A DNA stretch of 60,388 bases, counting the filler, from Piptocephalis cylindrospora (lineage: Eukaryota): the NCBI GenBank assembly GCA_003614145.1. It is 6 parts of 6 records of this genome, joined end to end, with 100 filler letters (N's around TTAATTAATTAA, not from the genome) between each part and the next. Parts side by side here need not be neighbours in the genome. Positions count along the whole stretch, not along the records: positions 30,378 to 40,354 come from KZ988057.1; positions 40,455 to 50,395 come from KZ988058.1; 4 more parts are not named here. One strand, given 5' to 3'. Both the position numbers and the translations under genes were made by a program. Every line of letters starts with the position of its first letter. The stretch's first letter is position 1. Below, in pieces: positions 38,037-49,328 of the stretch. The notes under the pieces are model-generated. The model did not search any database. It was not told the DNA's origin and was given only the letters and a program-made list of their open reading frames with translations.

Positions 38037-39155
38037 ATGCTCCGTAGCCTCCTCCCCGTTCGGTCAAGCCTCCGCCCCGTCTTCCCCAGCCTCACCAGCT
38101 CGACCCCTCGTCTCGGCCTTCGCTCCTTCTCAGCCTCCCTGGCCCCGGCAAACACCCAGGTCACCGTACGTGAGGCCCTGAATGCCGCTCTGGAGGAGGA
38201 GATGAACCGGGATGACAAGGTCTTCCTCATGGGTGAGGAGGTCGCCCAGTACAACGGGGCCTACAAGGTTACCAAGGGGCTCCTGGACAAGTTTGGCGCC
38301 AAGCGCGTCGTTGATACCCCCATCACCGAATCTGGCTTTGCTGGTCTCGCCGTCGGCGCTGCCCTCTCAGGCCTGAAACCCGTCTGCGAATTCATGACCT
38401 TTAACTTTGCCATGCAGGCCATTGACCACATTGTCAACAGTGCCGCCAAGACCCGGTACATGTCCGGTGGTATCATCGACTGCCCCATCGTCTTCCGTGG
38501 CCCCAACGGCGCCGCTGCCGGAGTCGGCGCCCAGCACAGTCAGTGTTACGCGGCCTGGTACGGGTCCGTCCCGGGTCTCAAGGTCGTCTCCCCCTGGAGT
38601 GCCGAGGATTGCAAGGGCCTCCTCAAGGCCGCCATCCGTGATCCTAACCCCGTCGTCGTCCTCGAGAATGAGCTGATGTACGGCTCCTCCTTTGATCTGT
38701 CCGAGGCTGCCCAATCCGAGGACTTCCTCATCCCCATTGGCAAGGCCAAGGTCGAGCGCGAGGGCTCGGACCTCACCCTCGTCTCCCACTCCCGGTCAGT
38801 GGGCTTTTGCCTTGAGGCCGCCGAACGTCTCTCCAAGGAGGGCGTCGCCTCGATCGAGGTCATTAACCTTCGGTCCATTCGTCCCCTGGATATCGACACC
38901 ATCATCCGGTCGGTCAAGAAGACCAACCGTCTCGTCACCGTCGAGGGTGGCTGGCCCATGTATGGCGTCGGCTCGGAGATTGCCGCTCAGATCATGGAGT
39001 CGGATGCCTTTGACCACCTCGATCATCCCGTCGTCCGTGTCACCGGTGCCGATATCCCCATGCCCTATGCCCAGAACCTTGAGCAGCTTGCCCTTCCCGA
39101 CGTTGATCTCATTGCCAAGGTGGCCCGTCGTACCCTTGGATCCTCCAACGAATAG
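38037..39155 (+). CDS. PDB1: pyruvate dehydrogenase E1 beta subunit, mitochondrial
   Basis: Mitochondrial presequence, then [80 protein letters not shown]. Confidence 0.98.
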   Translation: MLRSLLPVRSSLRPVFPSLTSSTPRLGLRSFSASLAPANTQVTVREALNAALEEEMNRDDKVFLMGEEVAQYNGAYKVTKGLLDKFGAKRVVDTPITESGFAGLAVGAALSGLKPVCEFMTFNFAMQAIDHIVNSAAKTRYMSGGIIDCPIVFRGPNGAAAGVGAQHSQCYAAWYGSVPGLKVVSPWSAEDCKGLLKAAIRDPNPVVVLENELMYGSSFDLSEAAQSEDFLIPIGKAKVEREGSDLTLVSHSRSVGFCLEAAERLSKEGVASIEVINLRSIRPLDIDTIIRSVKKTNRLVTVEGGWPMYGVGSEIAAQIMESDAFDHLDHPVVRVTGADIPMPYAQNLEQLALPDVDLIAKVARRTLGSSNE

Positions 39156-40354
39156 AATCGTCCGAGGAGCCAGGAGAATGGTCAAAAAGAGCAGAGTCGA
39201 TGAGAAGGAGGGATGATCCAGTATCCCTTGCGCGTGCCCGTCGTATGTGTTGTTTCTGGATAGGCAGATTGGGGAAAAAGGGTGTTAACATACAGAAAGT
39301 AGGTATTTAGAAGCAAGTCAAGTCTGAGTCTCTGTGTTGTTGTCCTCGTGGACTGGCCCATCTTTCCTGGTGCTGGACAGACCGCGTGTCATCCTCCATC
39401 TCAAATCCATCCAATATGAATGGTCTTTTTCGGTGAAATTGTACCTTTTTTCCGCCCACATAATATCTTCTCGCTCTGGTCATCATCGTTACTCGTCGTT
39501 GAAAAAAGGTAAAATATCCCGAATAATTTCACCCATTCGTCAAAATTCCCGTCTAATGACGCACCACTTCGCCATGCCCCCACACGGATCTTGACCGCTG
39601 AACAATATCACGTGTTTTGTACCCCATGATGCTTTCAGAGTCGTGCATTCGTTGTACGGAGGGGGAAGGGGGGGGAGGGAAGATCACTGTCTCTTCTGGA
39701 TTCGCCCTCTCCTCTAGATACCCTCCCCCCTTTCCCACCGATGTTATGATGTGCGTATGCCCTCTTCCCCTTGCGCCTAGCTATTGTCGTCGTCGTCGCC
39801 GTCGTCGTCGCCGTCTATCTTCCCTAGACCGTAGAACTAGATGGGGAGAGGCGAAGAGGGTCATGCCATCCTCCTACATTGTTTTGAGTCGAGCAGAGCT
39901 TCCCCCATTCACCAATCAGGCCAGGAAAGAATGACAACCCTTCCCCCCCCTCCCCTGACCATGGAAAGCTTGACCATGCCCTCTCTCCTCTCTCCTTCTC
40001 CCTAAACACTTTGTCAAATCCCCACTCAATCCCATCGTTATCATCCCTCTTGGAGCATCCCTGTCCTCTTGCCTAAAAACCTATCAACAGCCCTCTCTTC
40101 CTTCTTCCCTTCCCCCTAATAATAATAACCAGCCGCCCAACCGCCTATCCATCTCACCTCTCCCCCCCCCCCATCTGGCCCCATCTCTCACCATGACCCC
40201 CTCCCCAAGTATCCCTCTTTCCTACCCCTTTCTCCCCTCCTCCTTCCCCTTCCCAACCCCCCCCAGTCCCCTCCCCAGGCCGGCTTTTTGAAAAAAAGGA
40301 TGGGAAAATGCAGAACAAGGGGGGGGGGAAAAGGCAGTATCACGTCTCTCCAAT

Positions 40355-40454
40355 NNNNNNNNNNNNNNNNNNNNNNNNNNNNNNNNNNNNNNNNNNNNTT
40401 AATTAATTAANNNNNNNNNNNNNNNNNNNNNNNNNNNNNNNNNNNNNNNNNNNN
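40355..40454. other. artificial contig linker
   Basis: 44 N + TTAATTAATTAA + 44 N. Confidence 0.98.
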
Positions 40455-40735
40455 AGAAATTCAGGGGGAAGGGTGGTCCAGCCGTCGTAACTCCAAAATT
40501 AGACCAGCCAAGGAGGGAAGATGCCTAATTCCAGAATAGTGGATGTTAGCCTATAAGCTTGATCAAGAGGAAGATGGGGCAATGTCCTGGGATGAAAAAT
40601 ATTCAATGTCTCTCTATTGACAAGCCTCCCTTCCCAAGACCACTCGCCCAGGTCATGAGAATACCAAAGATGGAGGAGGAGGGGATGGGGGATGATGATG
40701 CGGGTTGGGATAAGGGGGACAGAGAATGCAAATCC

Positions 40736-41272
40736 TCACAGCATGAGCCAAGCGACCGTGGCAAACATCACTCCCATGGCCAAGTCAGCCCTTCGGCCTT
40801 CTTGCATGGCACCAGAGGTAGCCCCAGCCGGGGCCTTAGGGGGAGCAGAAGAGGGGTCGGTAGAGTTGGCGGCGGCATTGACCGTGGAGGAGGAAGCCTT
40901 GCCCCCGGGGATGGACACAGCATTGACACCACTAACAAAATTGGTGTTAATGCACGATACCTGGCAGGCACTGTAGGCCTCAGGGTTTGAGGGATCACAG
41001 CCATTCATGCACGTCGTTGTCCGATCCACATGAAGCTCTGAGGGCGCGGGAACCTTGACACAGGCCGCTTTGCAGTTCACACTATTGACATCACACTTGT
41101 CAAGGCAGGTTTGCAGAGCAATTGCCTGAGGATCTGGCTTGGCAGGCGCAGGGGGCGTAGGAGATGCAGGAGAAGCGGCAACGGCACCCCCACCAGCGGG
41201 GACTTGAGCATTCACCATGATCCCAAGGGACATGGCGACGAGGGAGCAAGCAATGGCAAAAGATACCTTCAT
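40736..41272 (-). CDS. secreted, probably GPI-anchored, 8-cysteine cell-surface protein
   Basis: Signal peptide MKVSFAIACSLVAMSLGIMVNA, Cys domain C-x3-C-x6-C-x3-C-x16-C-x3-C-x10-C-x3-C, Ser/Ala/Pro linker, hydrophobic C-terminus. TATAAA on the minus strand at 41407-41412. Confidence 0.85.
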   Translation of the reverse strand: MKVSFAIACSLVAMSLGIMVNAQVPAGGGAVAASPASPTPPAPAKPDPQAIALQTCLDKCDVNSVNCKAACVKVPAPSELHVDRTTTCMNGCDPSNPEAYSACQVSCINTNFVSGVNAVSIPGGKASSSTVNAAANSTDPSSAPPKAPAGATSGAMQEGRRADLAMGVMFATVAWLML

Positions 41273-42515
41273 CGTAGAAATTGGGAAGCGGTGAGGGTTG
41301 GTAAAGATGGTCGATCTGGTTGGAAGATATAGGAGGGAGGGGAATGAGATGACGAGTTAATGGAGTCAATGGGATTGCTTCAGATGGAACGATTGATCTC
41401 CCACCCTTTATATCCATTGCTAATAACGAGAGCTTTTTTTCCTTCCAGAAAATTGGCCAGGGGAAAAAGCTCAAGAGGCGACCATAAATCATGGCCCTTG
41501 ACTACCTCATTCCCCCCTCCCTCCCTTTCCTCCGTTTCCCCTGAGATGAAGGCAAGGGGAGAATGGTGCAGGGTATATTATCAGGGTCTTTGGGATCAAG
41601 ATTAACCCCCAAAGCAAGGAAGGTTCGCCTAAACAAAGCTCCTCAATATTGGCTGAGCGGCCATTCCTCTACAAGAAGCTTGTCCAGTCACTATTACAAG
41701 CTAATGTAGAATACACCGTAATGTCCGCTATGAATTCATCATAGCTTCCCTTTACTACTACTGAGTATTGTATCGTCAGGAAGGGTCATGCTATCAGGTC
41801 GATTATTTGGCATGTACAAATACGCGGAGTAGCATGTATCAGAAGATAGCTATATCCACTACTCTCTCCCAAAACTACATCATCCCCTATTATTCTTGAT
41901 AAAAGTCATTTGCTTAAATCACCCCTACCTCAGCGATCCTCATCTCCCTCGAATATCATCATGATGCTTCCTTTTCTACTGGTATAGATACTTGAGGAAC
42001 CGTATCATTTCGTAGAGGGCTTCCACCAACTGCAAGACCACACCCTTGGCCATTCCTCACGCTTTACCTCTCATTCTTTTGTATACGATCTGCATGCTCT
42101 CCTTCCTTCACAAATGGCTGGTATGTCACATCCTTGCTTCCCACCATTACATTCGCCTCTACACTGCTTTCTTCCTGCTCCTCTTGGGCAAGATTGGGAG
42201 GGGTTCCCAATTCGTGTCCTATCCCATTTAGATAGCACAGTTTCTGCGCATTGGACTCCCCCAGAGCGTCAAATAGTAGGAGCCTGTCGTGGTCCAATAT
42301 TCAAAGCGAACATCGCGTCCTTTTTCTCCGAATCCAGATTAGGGTACGTGGACGAACGGTCACTCTGACTCAACATAACAACAGTGACACTAATACAAGA
42401 ACTCACTGGGGTTTATAGCTATCGGCAAGGCTTGACTCTCCTTCTCCTCTCTCCCCCTAGCCGTCACCCTTCGTTCTGTACACACTTTTTTGTACTTACC
42501 CTTCCGATTTCATTG

Positions 42516-43852
42516 ATGGGACCCAAAGAAGATCGACCCCATGGTTCTCCGGACAAGGGGATCAAACCCCGCTTTTACGTCCCTACCGTAGCTGAAATCC
42601 GAAAGCGACAGGCCGAGCAAGAGGCTCGCGGGCCCACTGATGCTCTGACAAGACTTCGGCAGGCCAAGGCCAAAGGGGGATGGCGGGAAGAGCCCGCAGC
42701 CTCTAAATCATTTCCTACTTTATCTCAAGCGGCACGACGAGATGCGTTGGAAATGGAGGAAGATGTGGAAAGTAGTGATCGACCAATCTCTACACCCTTA
42801 GTAGCCAACCACCCTTTGCCTTCACCACAAGGTTTTATGGCAGCCTCGCCTGCCGGGCGCTCCTCTGCCTCACCTGCCCCCACTCTCCCTGGATCTTCTA
42901 GACACGTATCAGTCGCTGGATCAGCCCCATCGATTGCTCGCTCAGCCCCATCAACTGGTGGGTCCGTACCCCCACCGATCCTGCGTCGGCACAATGGCAT
43001 TGGCGTGAATGTTACTCAGAGGGGAAATCCAATTCTCCCATTAATCCGTAACGTCCCCTGGGAATACTCTGAGGTTACAGCTGAGGCCGACTATATTTTG
43101 GGGGCCACGACGGCTGCTCTATTTCTTAGGTAAGTGAGGAGGGAGTATGGAGGATGGGCAGGCTGGATATTTCCATAGTGACCTTATTTTGCCTTTTTAC
43201 ACATCCCCATTTCAGTCTTAAATATCATCGCTTGCATCCCGAGTACATTTATCGCAGGCTAGAGCGATGGCGTGGACGTGGAGTTTGTCGAATTCTCCTT
43301 GTCCTCATTGACATTGAAGATCATCGATCCACCATCCGAGAGCTTTCGCGTATTTCTATCTCTGAAAATTGTACGCTCATGCTAGCTTGGAGCGCGGCCG
43401 AAGCAGCCAGATACCTGGAAACCTTTAAAGCATATGAACATCGACCCCCAGATGCGCTGCAAGAACGATTGGATCCGATGTACCTTGGAAGGGTATGTAG
43501 GGAGGTGATGGACAGCCGGGTTTTCTCATGTACTCACCCGCATCCTATCCGAAAAGATGACCAATGTGCTCACCCAAGTTCGCGGCGTGAACAAGACAGA
43601 CACACTGACACTGACCACCAATTTTGGCGTATGTGACTGGGGGGTATTGAGGATGTGTTTCTGAGATTGGGTCCTCCAATTATCTTGTCTTCACTCAATT
43701 CTCCTTATTTCATTCCATAGTCATTGAACCGCATCGCCCATGCCGAAAGAGAAACCTTGTCGGCGTGCCCTGGGATCGGCCCAAGTAAGGCATCTCGATT
43801 AGCTGACGCCTTTTCTGAGCCATTCATTGCCTCAGACCAGGGTGGGGGATAA
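42516..43852 (+). CDS. RAD10: ERCC1/Rad10/Swi10 excision-repair endonuclease subunit
   Basis: QRGNPILPLIRNVPWEY, ADYILGATTAALFLSLKYHRLHPEYIYRRL, LMLAWSAAEAARYLETFK, HhH2 region LTQVRGVNKTD...NFGSL...CPGIGPSKASRL. Three GT-AG introns. Confidence 0.95.
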
Positions 43853-44920
43853 ATCGATCTGAATAATAGGCATGCCTTTTAGGCTGGCAATGAGAATAGG
43901 ACAAAATGAGTCATCTTGTATGCGTGATCTTTCCACAGGTACCTAAGTTAAGAATCTACCCTAAATGTTATTAAACCCAGCCCTTTGGCGATTAGTTTTG
44001 AGAAAAATCCCAGTATGTCATCCGTTCCTTCTATTGTAATGGGTGAGCCATGCTGTTAATAGGCAGAAAGGAGCATGACCATTTCCTTTTTATATAAGAG
44101 ATAATATAGTATACGTTGGATACTGGTCGTTGCCACGCTCCATCATCACCATTAAAGAGGTATTCTTTAATGGCCTCATTGCTCATCATGACACCTAATC
44201 CCATCATGGAAACATCCCTTTAACACAACACACTCTATTTCTCCTCCCTTCTTAGCAGCAATAATGAGATGGTGTGCTTGGGAAGACAGGTCATGGTCAA
44301 TGAAGACAAGGGTAGAACACCAGTAGGATAGGGTGAGAAGAGGAGGGGGAAAGCAGACCCGACAATTGTGGCAGCGAGAGGGGCACTCTTGGTATTATCC
44401 GGCATGAACGAGCGATATTTCTGTAATTGTCACGGAAACTAAGGACATTTCTGATATTCTTAATAATATTATGGATAGATCATGACCACCGAAATAGTCA
44501 TTTCGAGTGACGAGATACTAGGAAGGGTAGGAAGGAGGGGCCAGCTCTGGTCGCTAGTGGTAGAGACACCACAGGTGCCGAGACAGATCAAGCAAGAAAG
44601 GCAGTGCCTCCGAGCAGAAAGTGTCGGGCTCCGGGCAGCGTTATCAGAGATGAGGGCCGGGTCTAGTCGCCAGTGGTAGATATACCACAGGGGCCGGGAC
44701 AGGTCAAGCAAGAAAGTGCTACACTCTCAATAACATGAGGGTAATGGCCGAGGGGAGAGAGGGAGCAGAGAGAGGGGAAAGGGCGATCGCTACCCAGAGA
44801 TTGAAAAATGATATAAAATGCCTTTGCTCGACTGACACCCTTGCCCAAGATGAGGCTTTTAAGACATAGTTGTCACTCGCGGGCCCCACAAAGGGTCTAC
44901 ATTGGCGGTGAAGATGTAGA

Positions 44921-46876
44921 TCAATGTAACCGAGGTGGCCGTGGAGGCGAGGTGGCGGGACTCGGATGTAGTCTTGTGGCAATGGAGGAGGAGGTTGCAG
45001 GGATGGGGCGGGGTGAGGATACTTGGTACGGACCACCGGCGATCGGTGGTGTATTAGCCGAACCCAGAATAGATCCACTCGATGGGCCATCTATTAAGAT
45101 CCATGGATTACGTGAAGCATTAGTAAAGAACTATTAAAGACAACCTAAGACTCAGCTAACTTACCTTGGACTTTAGCACTCTTCTGATCCCTTAAGGACT
45201 GGGTGAAGTTCGTAATGGAATATTGGAGCGCCTCTTGACTCTCAGGAGCAGGATCCTTTAGGGTAGCGCTCCGACGTTTCTTGGGTGCTTCTCCACTAAC
45301 GCCTCCTGGAGACTTCTTCCTCTCGCTGCTGCTCTTATCCTCAGGAGCAAGATCCTTTGTGGTAGTACTCCGTCGTTTCTTGATCATCCTCTCACTAATA
45401 TTTCCTGGAGATCTTTTCCTCTTACTCTTACTCTCTTCCAGGTCATTAACTTTCCCATTCATGTGGGCCGAAATGGAGTTAGCTTTAGTGGTAGAGGGGC
45501 ACCATCTCCCCCCAAGTTGATGCCGAGGAACCTTCGCCTCCAACCGAGCAGATCTCCGGGTCGGAAGGGAGTTAGCAATCCTTGGCTTCTTCACTTTCCT
45601 CAACGTACTAAGCATGTCATCTGCCGCCCCTCTCCTAGGATTAGGAGGGGTTTCTTGGTGTGGGCTTGTCGCATCTCCCTCTTCCGTCATATCTTGCTCT
45701 CTTCGTAGAACAGCTGCATCCAATTCATCCATCGAGCTCGCTTCCTCCTCCCGCGGCCGCTTCCCCAGGGAAATATGGACCGAGCGATGGTAAGGCTCGG
45801 ATGGCTCCACATGTACTATGTCTTCCCTTCCTCCAATGCTAATAGTATCTCCCTCTCGGTCTCCTTCCCTCCTCTCCCCATCCTCACCCTTCCCATTATT
45901 CACTTCCCCTCCCGGATCTTCCTCCTTCCTCCTCCCATCATCCTCCTCTCTTCCTCTTTCCTCCCTCCTCCCATCATCCTCCTCTCTTCCTCTTTCCTCC
46001 CTCCTCCCATCATTCTCCTCTCTTCCTCTTTCCTCCCTCCTCCCACTATCTTCCGCTCTTCCCGCCTCCCTCCTCGTACTGACACCTCTCTCTGCCTCAC
46101 GAGATTCAGGGGCAGATGCAATCGCAGAATGCGCGGGCATGATCGTAGAACTGCCTTGCCAAACGTGTGGGCCAGAGGAGAGGCCCAAGCAGGCCAGGCA
46201 CCATCGGGTGGCCGTAGGATCAATCACTTTGATAAAAGGGCCACATCTTTTCTCAAAGAGATCCTGGTTCTATGGGATGGAAGAGAAAACATGGGGTGAT
46301 TAGGCGATTGAAATTGTCGGTGGGTATATCGCTTTGGTATCGCACAGCTGTGATATTAATCATATGTCCGAACCTACCTTTATAATGCTCTTCAGCTTAA
46401 ACCCGAGCTGAACAAAGGCATATATCGTACCTCTCAATGATATCTCATCTCGGTTTCTGATTGCGACTGCAAATTTGCTATGCACTCGCTTTCCATTCAA
46501 TCTGATACCATGTGCTGTTTGATCGGTCAACCAAGCTTGAGGAAGTCTGGGCATGTCATGCCCATGACCTGTGCGATGATGACTACTAGCTTGATTGGTA
46601 AAATGAATGATTACATCGCAATTTGCGTCCGGGTTGAAGGTGTTGTTCTCACCCATGACAAAATTGAACCCAAACCTGAAGAGCATAATTAATAAAGAAC
46701 AAAAGGATGTTAGTCAAAACCCGTGTGCTTCAAAAATTGCGCCTAATCTTTCCGGCTAACCTCTGAGTGCCATATGGAATCCCAAATAAGGGGGGAATGG
46801 GAGGGGGGGGAAAGGAGTCATTCCTAATGCTCCTTGTGGATCGAACCAGCATTGCAGCATAGAGTGTTTCGGTCAT
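44921..46876 (-). CDS. degenerate FHA-like domain protein with charged tandem repeats; 3' end uncertain
   Basis: Exons about 46876-46761, 46675-46378, 46269-45165 splice in frame. AWLTDQTAHGIRLNGKRV...IRNRDEISL resembles the FHA C-terminal strands (D.S.NG..vNG....L..GD.I.L). The last exon (45090-44921) is a guess. Confidence 0.6.
45928..46072. repeat. 36-bp coding tandem repeat, about 4 copies
   Basis: cctcctcccatcatcctcctctcttcctctttcctc at 45928, 45964, 46000 and a diverged copy at 46036; encodes REEDDGRREERG on the minus strand. Confidence 0.9.
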
Positions 46877-47208
46877 TTTCGGACACGATAGGAATGTGGG
46901 AGTTGGGAATGTGCGGAAGGGGGAGTTTGACAGAGGAAGTGAAAGAAGGATGAGGAGATGGAAAGCAGGTCTCTGAGAGTATACTCTATTTATACTGCTG
47001 TTTACGTCACTTGGGTTGGATTCAGCGGACATCAATGGGATGATGTGGGCTGGGTTGGTCCGGTCTAGGCTGAGCTGTACTTACACCCATGTCGGAGGAA
47101 ACACGAACACGAAAACGGAAAATGAGCGAAGCGGAACGCGTATGAGCGCACCCTTTGGACGGACGCGTCTGACATGACAAGAATAATCAATAATGATATA
47201 TAGTGCAT

Positions 47209-48802
47209 CGTAAAAGTACACCAGTATTTATACCGCCATGAACCCTTTTCTTCATTATCATTCTTGCAGAAAACCACTCTTCATGAAATAGAATGCGCTA
47301 GAAGCGTAAGGACGACACAATCAAGAAGAACTAAAGTAAATTTATATTGGTTATAGCTCAATGCAGGACTTAAGCAACTACGATATGGGCTACGCTGGTG
47401 CACTTTCGATGCAAGATCAGCTTAAATTCACTTTTCTTAATCACATTACTATAAAAGCTAAAATAGTAGGAACTAAGCTATGAGAACACCATTATAAGAA
47501 CCGGGAACCTTCACTACCTCCCACATTACGACCTTCTTCAGCTCGCTTAACCATGAAAGCCATACCAAAAGAAACAACTATGCGCATCAAGATGCTCCTG
47601 GAGAAGGGTCAATCGGTGCGCCAAGTGGCCACCAAAACCAAAGTAGGATCATCTACGGTAATGAGGAGGCGTAAGGAGCTAGATATGGTGGGAAAACCTA
47701 ATCCAGGCGGCCGCCCAAGGCTTCTAACCCCGAGAGAAGAGCGGATGGCCGTCCGAAATGTAATTACTACACGTGGTGGATCAGCTAGGAGGGTCGCAAG
47801 GCAGATTTCGGCCAAGCGCGGGGCAAGCATCAGCGCTGAGACAGTGCGTCGTGCCCTTAAAAGGAGAGGATTGAGAGGTAGGAGGTCTAGAGAGGTTCCA
47901 ATGTTAAAGCGTAGACATCGCCTGGCCCGCTTGCGCTTTGCGAGGAGACATCAGAGTTGGACACAGGAGTACTGGGAACGCGTTATCTGGACGGACGAGT
48001 CCAAGGTTACCCGTATGGGTTCGGATAGCGCCTGGTGGTACTGGAGGAGACCTGGGGAGACCTTCCATGGTGGGAATATGATGCCTACACTTAAGCTTGA
48101 AGGAGGTAATGTGCTGATTTAGGATTGTATCTCTGTCTATGGAATTGGTAGGCTCCATAGAATTGACGGGAGCATGGATGCGGACGTATACTGTGATGTA
48201 TTGGAAGAAAACTATCTATCATCACTGGATGACTGGGACCTTGGTGAAGAGGGTGTCATCTTCTAGTAGGATAATGACCCAAAAAATACCTCTACCAAAG
48301 CCCGGAGTTGGCTTTCCTCAAATGGGATCCAAGTTCTGGGATGGCCCTCTCAGTCTCCAGACTTGAATCCCATTGAGCACCTCTGGGAATACCTAAAGAG
48401 GCAGCTAGCCGCCTACAAGAAGGCCTCCACCAATTTCGATGCTCTTTGGGCCCGGGTGGAATCAGAATGGGATGGGATCCCCCAGGATGTAATCCTGAAT
48501 CTCATCGACAGCATGCCTTCAAGAATTCAGGCCATCCTAAGGGAAAAGAGTGGATGTATTGGGTATTGATGGTTGGCGATGGAATTTGTAGAATCCTGCG
48601 CCGAAACCGTGCCGGCACAATTTGCTTTACAAAGTTTTAATTTCTGGAATAGTTTGTTTTTCCATTTAAAAATACTTCAGCTATCCCTGATCGTGTGATT
48701 CTCGCGCTTCTAATGTACTGTATTTCATGACGAATGGCTTTCTGCAAGAATGATAATGAAGAAAAGGACCCATGAAGGTAGAAATACCGGCACGCTTTTA
48801 CG
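47209..48802 (+). mobile_element. Tc1/mariner DNA transposon (DD34E), about 1.6 kb, inactive
   Basis: Transposase remnant flanked by ungapped 130-bp inverted repeats 47209-47338 and 48673-48802 (100/130 identical, perfect core ccttttcttcattatcattcttgcagaaa). Exact termini and the TA target duplication are not resolved. Confidence 0.93.
47553..48569 (+). pseudogene. Tc1 transposase pseudogene
   Basis: One reading frame throughout: HTH, GRPR, WTDESK, F**DNDPK...WPSQSPDLNPIEHLW with 34 residues between D and E. In-frame TAG stops at 48120-48122, 48264-48266 and 48267-48269. Confidence 0.93.
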
Positions 48803-49328
48803 AGGCTGTGTGTGTATGTGTGTGATGCATGCGTGTTTAGAACGAAGCATCGGCTGACGGAGGGTATGTACGAGCGTAGGATCTGGATCAGAAGTGGTAT
48901 AATCACCATAATGTTTGAAAAAAGCTTATTCTAAAGGGTGACGACCTGAGACGGACGTGGAAAGGCATGTATGGTAATGGAGTAAAGGGAGTATTCCCAC
49001 TTTTGGACTCGCCTTTCCATTTCTTTCTTCCTCCACATCTCTGACCCTCCCTTAGCTCACATCTCTAATCCTTAATTCACTTGCTTGAATCATTCAGATC
49101 TTTACAATCACCATTGCAGTATATAATGCAATACTAATTTTCCTTCCTTGAAGCAATGTCTACATCTCAGATAACACAGTAAAAGTAATAATATCATCGG
49201 CGGATTTATGTAAGAGAATTAGAGAAAGTAGGGCAGGACAGGGAAGGATGGAACCTTGCCTTTCACTCGTAGGCATCATTTTGGTCTTAAATCATGCAAA
49301 GAGCTGCAGTTACGAGCATGTAACCTCC

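Noticed and set aside
39940..40330. C-run-rich tract with G-quadruplex potential on the minus strand
   Set aside because: Such C/T-rich tracts are common around genes in this window, and this one abuts a contig end; nothing specific to support a function.
41700..42400. Short minus-strand ORF (42064-42297) upstream of RAD10
   Set aside because: Non-ATG start, stops in flanking frames, no family recognised.
48120..48269. TAG reassignment or readthrough as an explanation for three in-frame TAGs in the transposase
   Set aside because: The expected residues differ (W versus Q), and TAG terminates host genes such as RPL19, PSA1 and PDB1.
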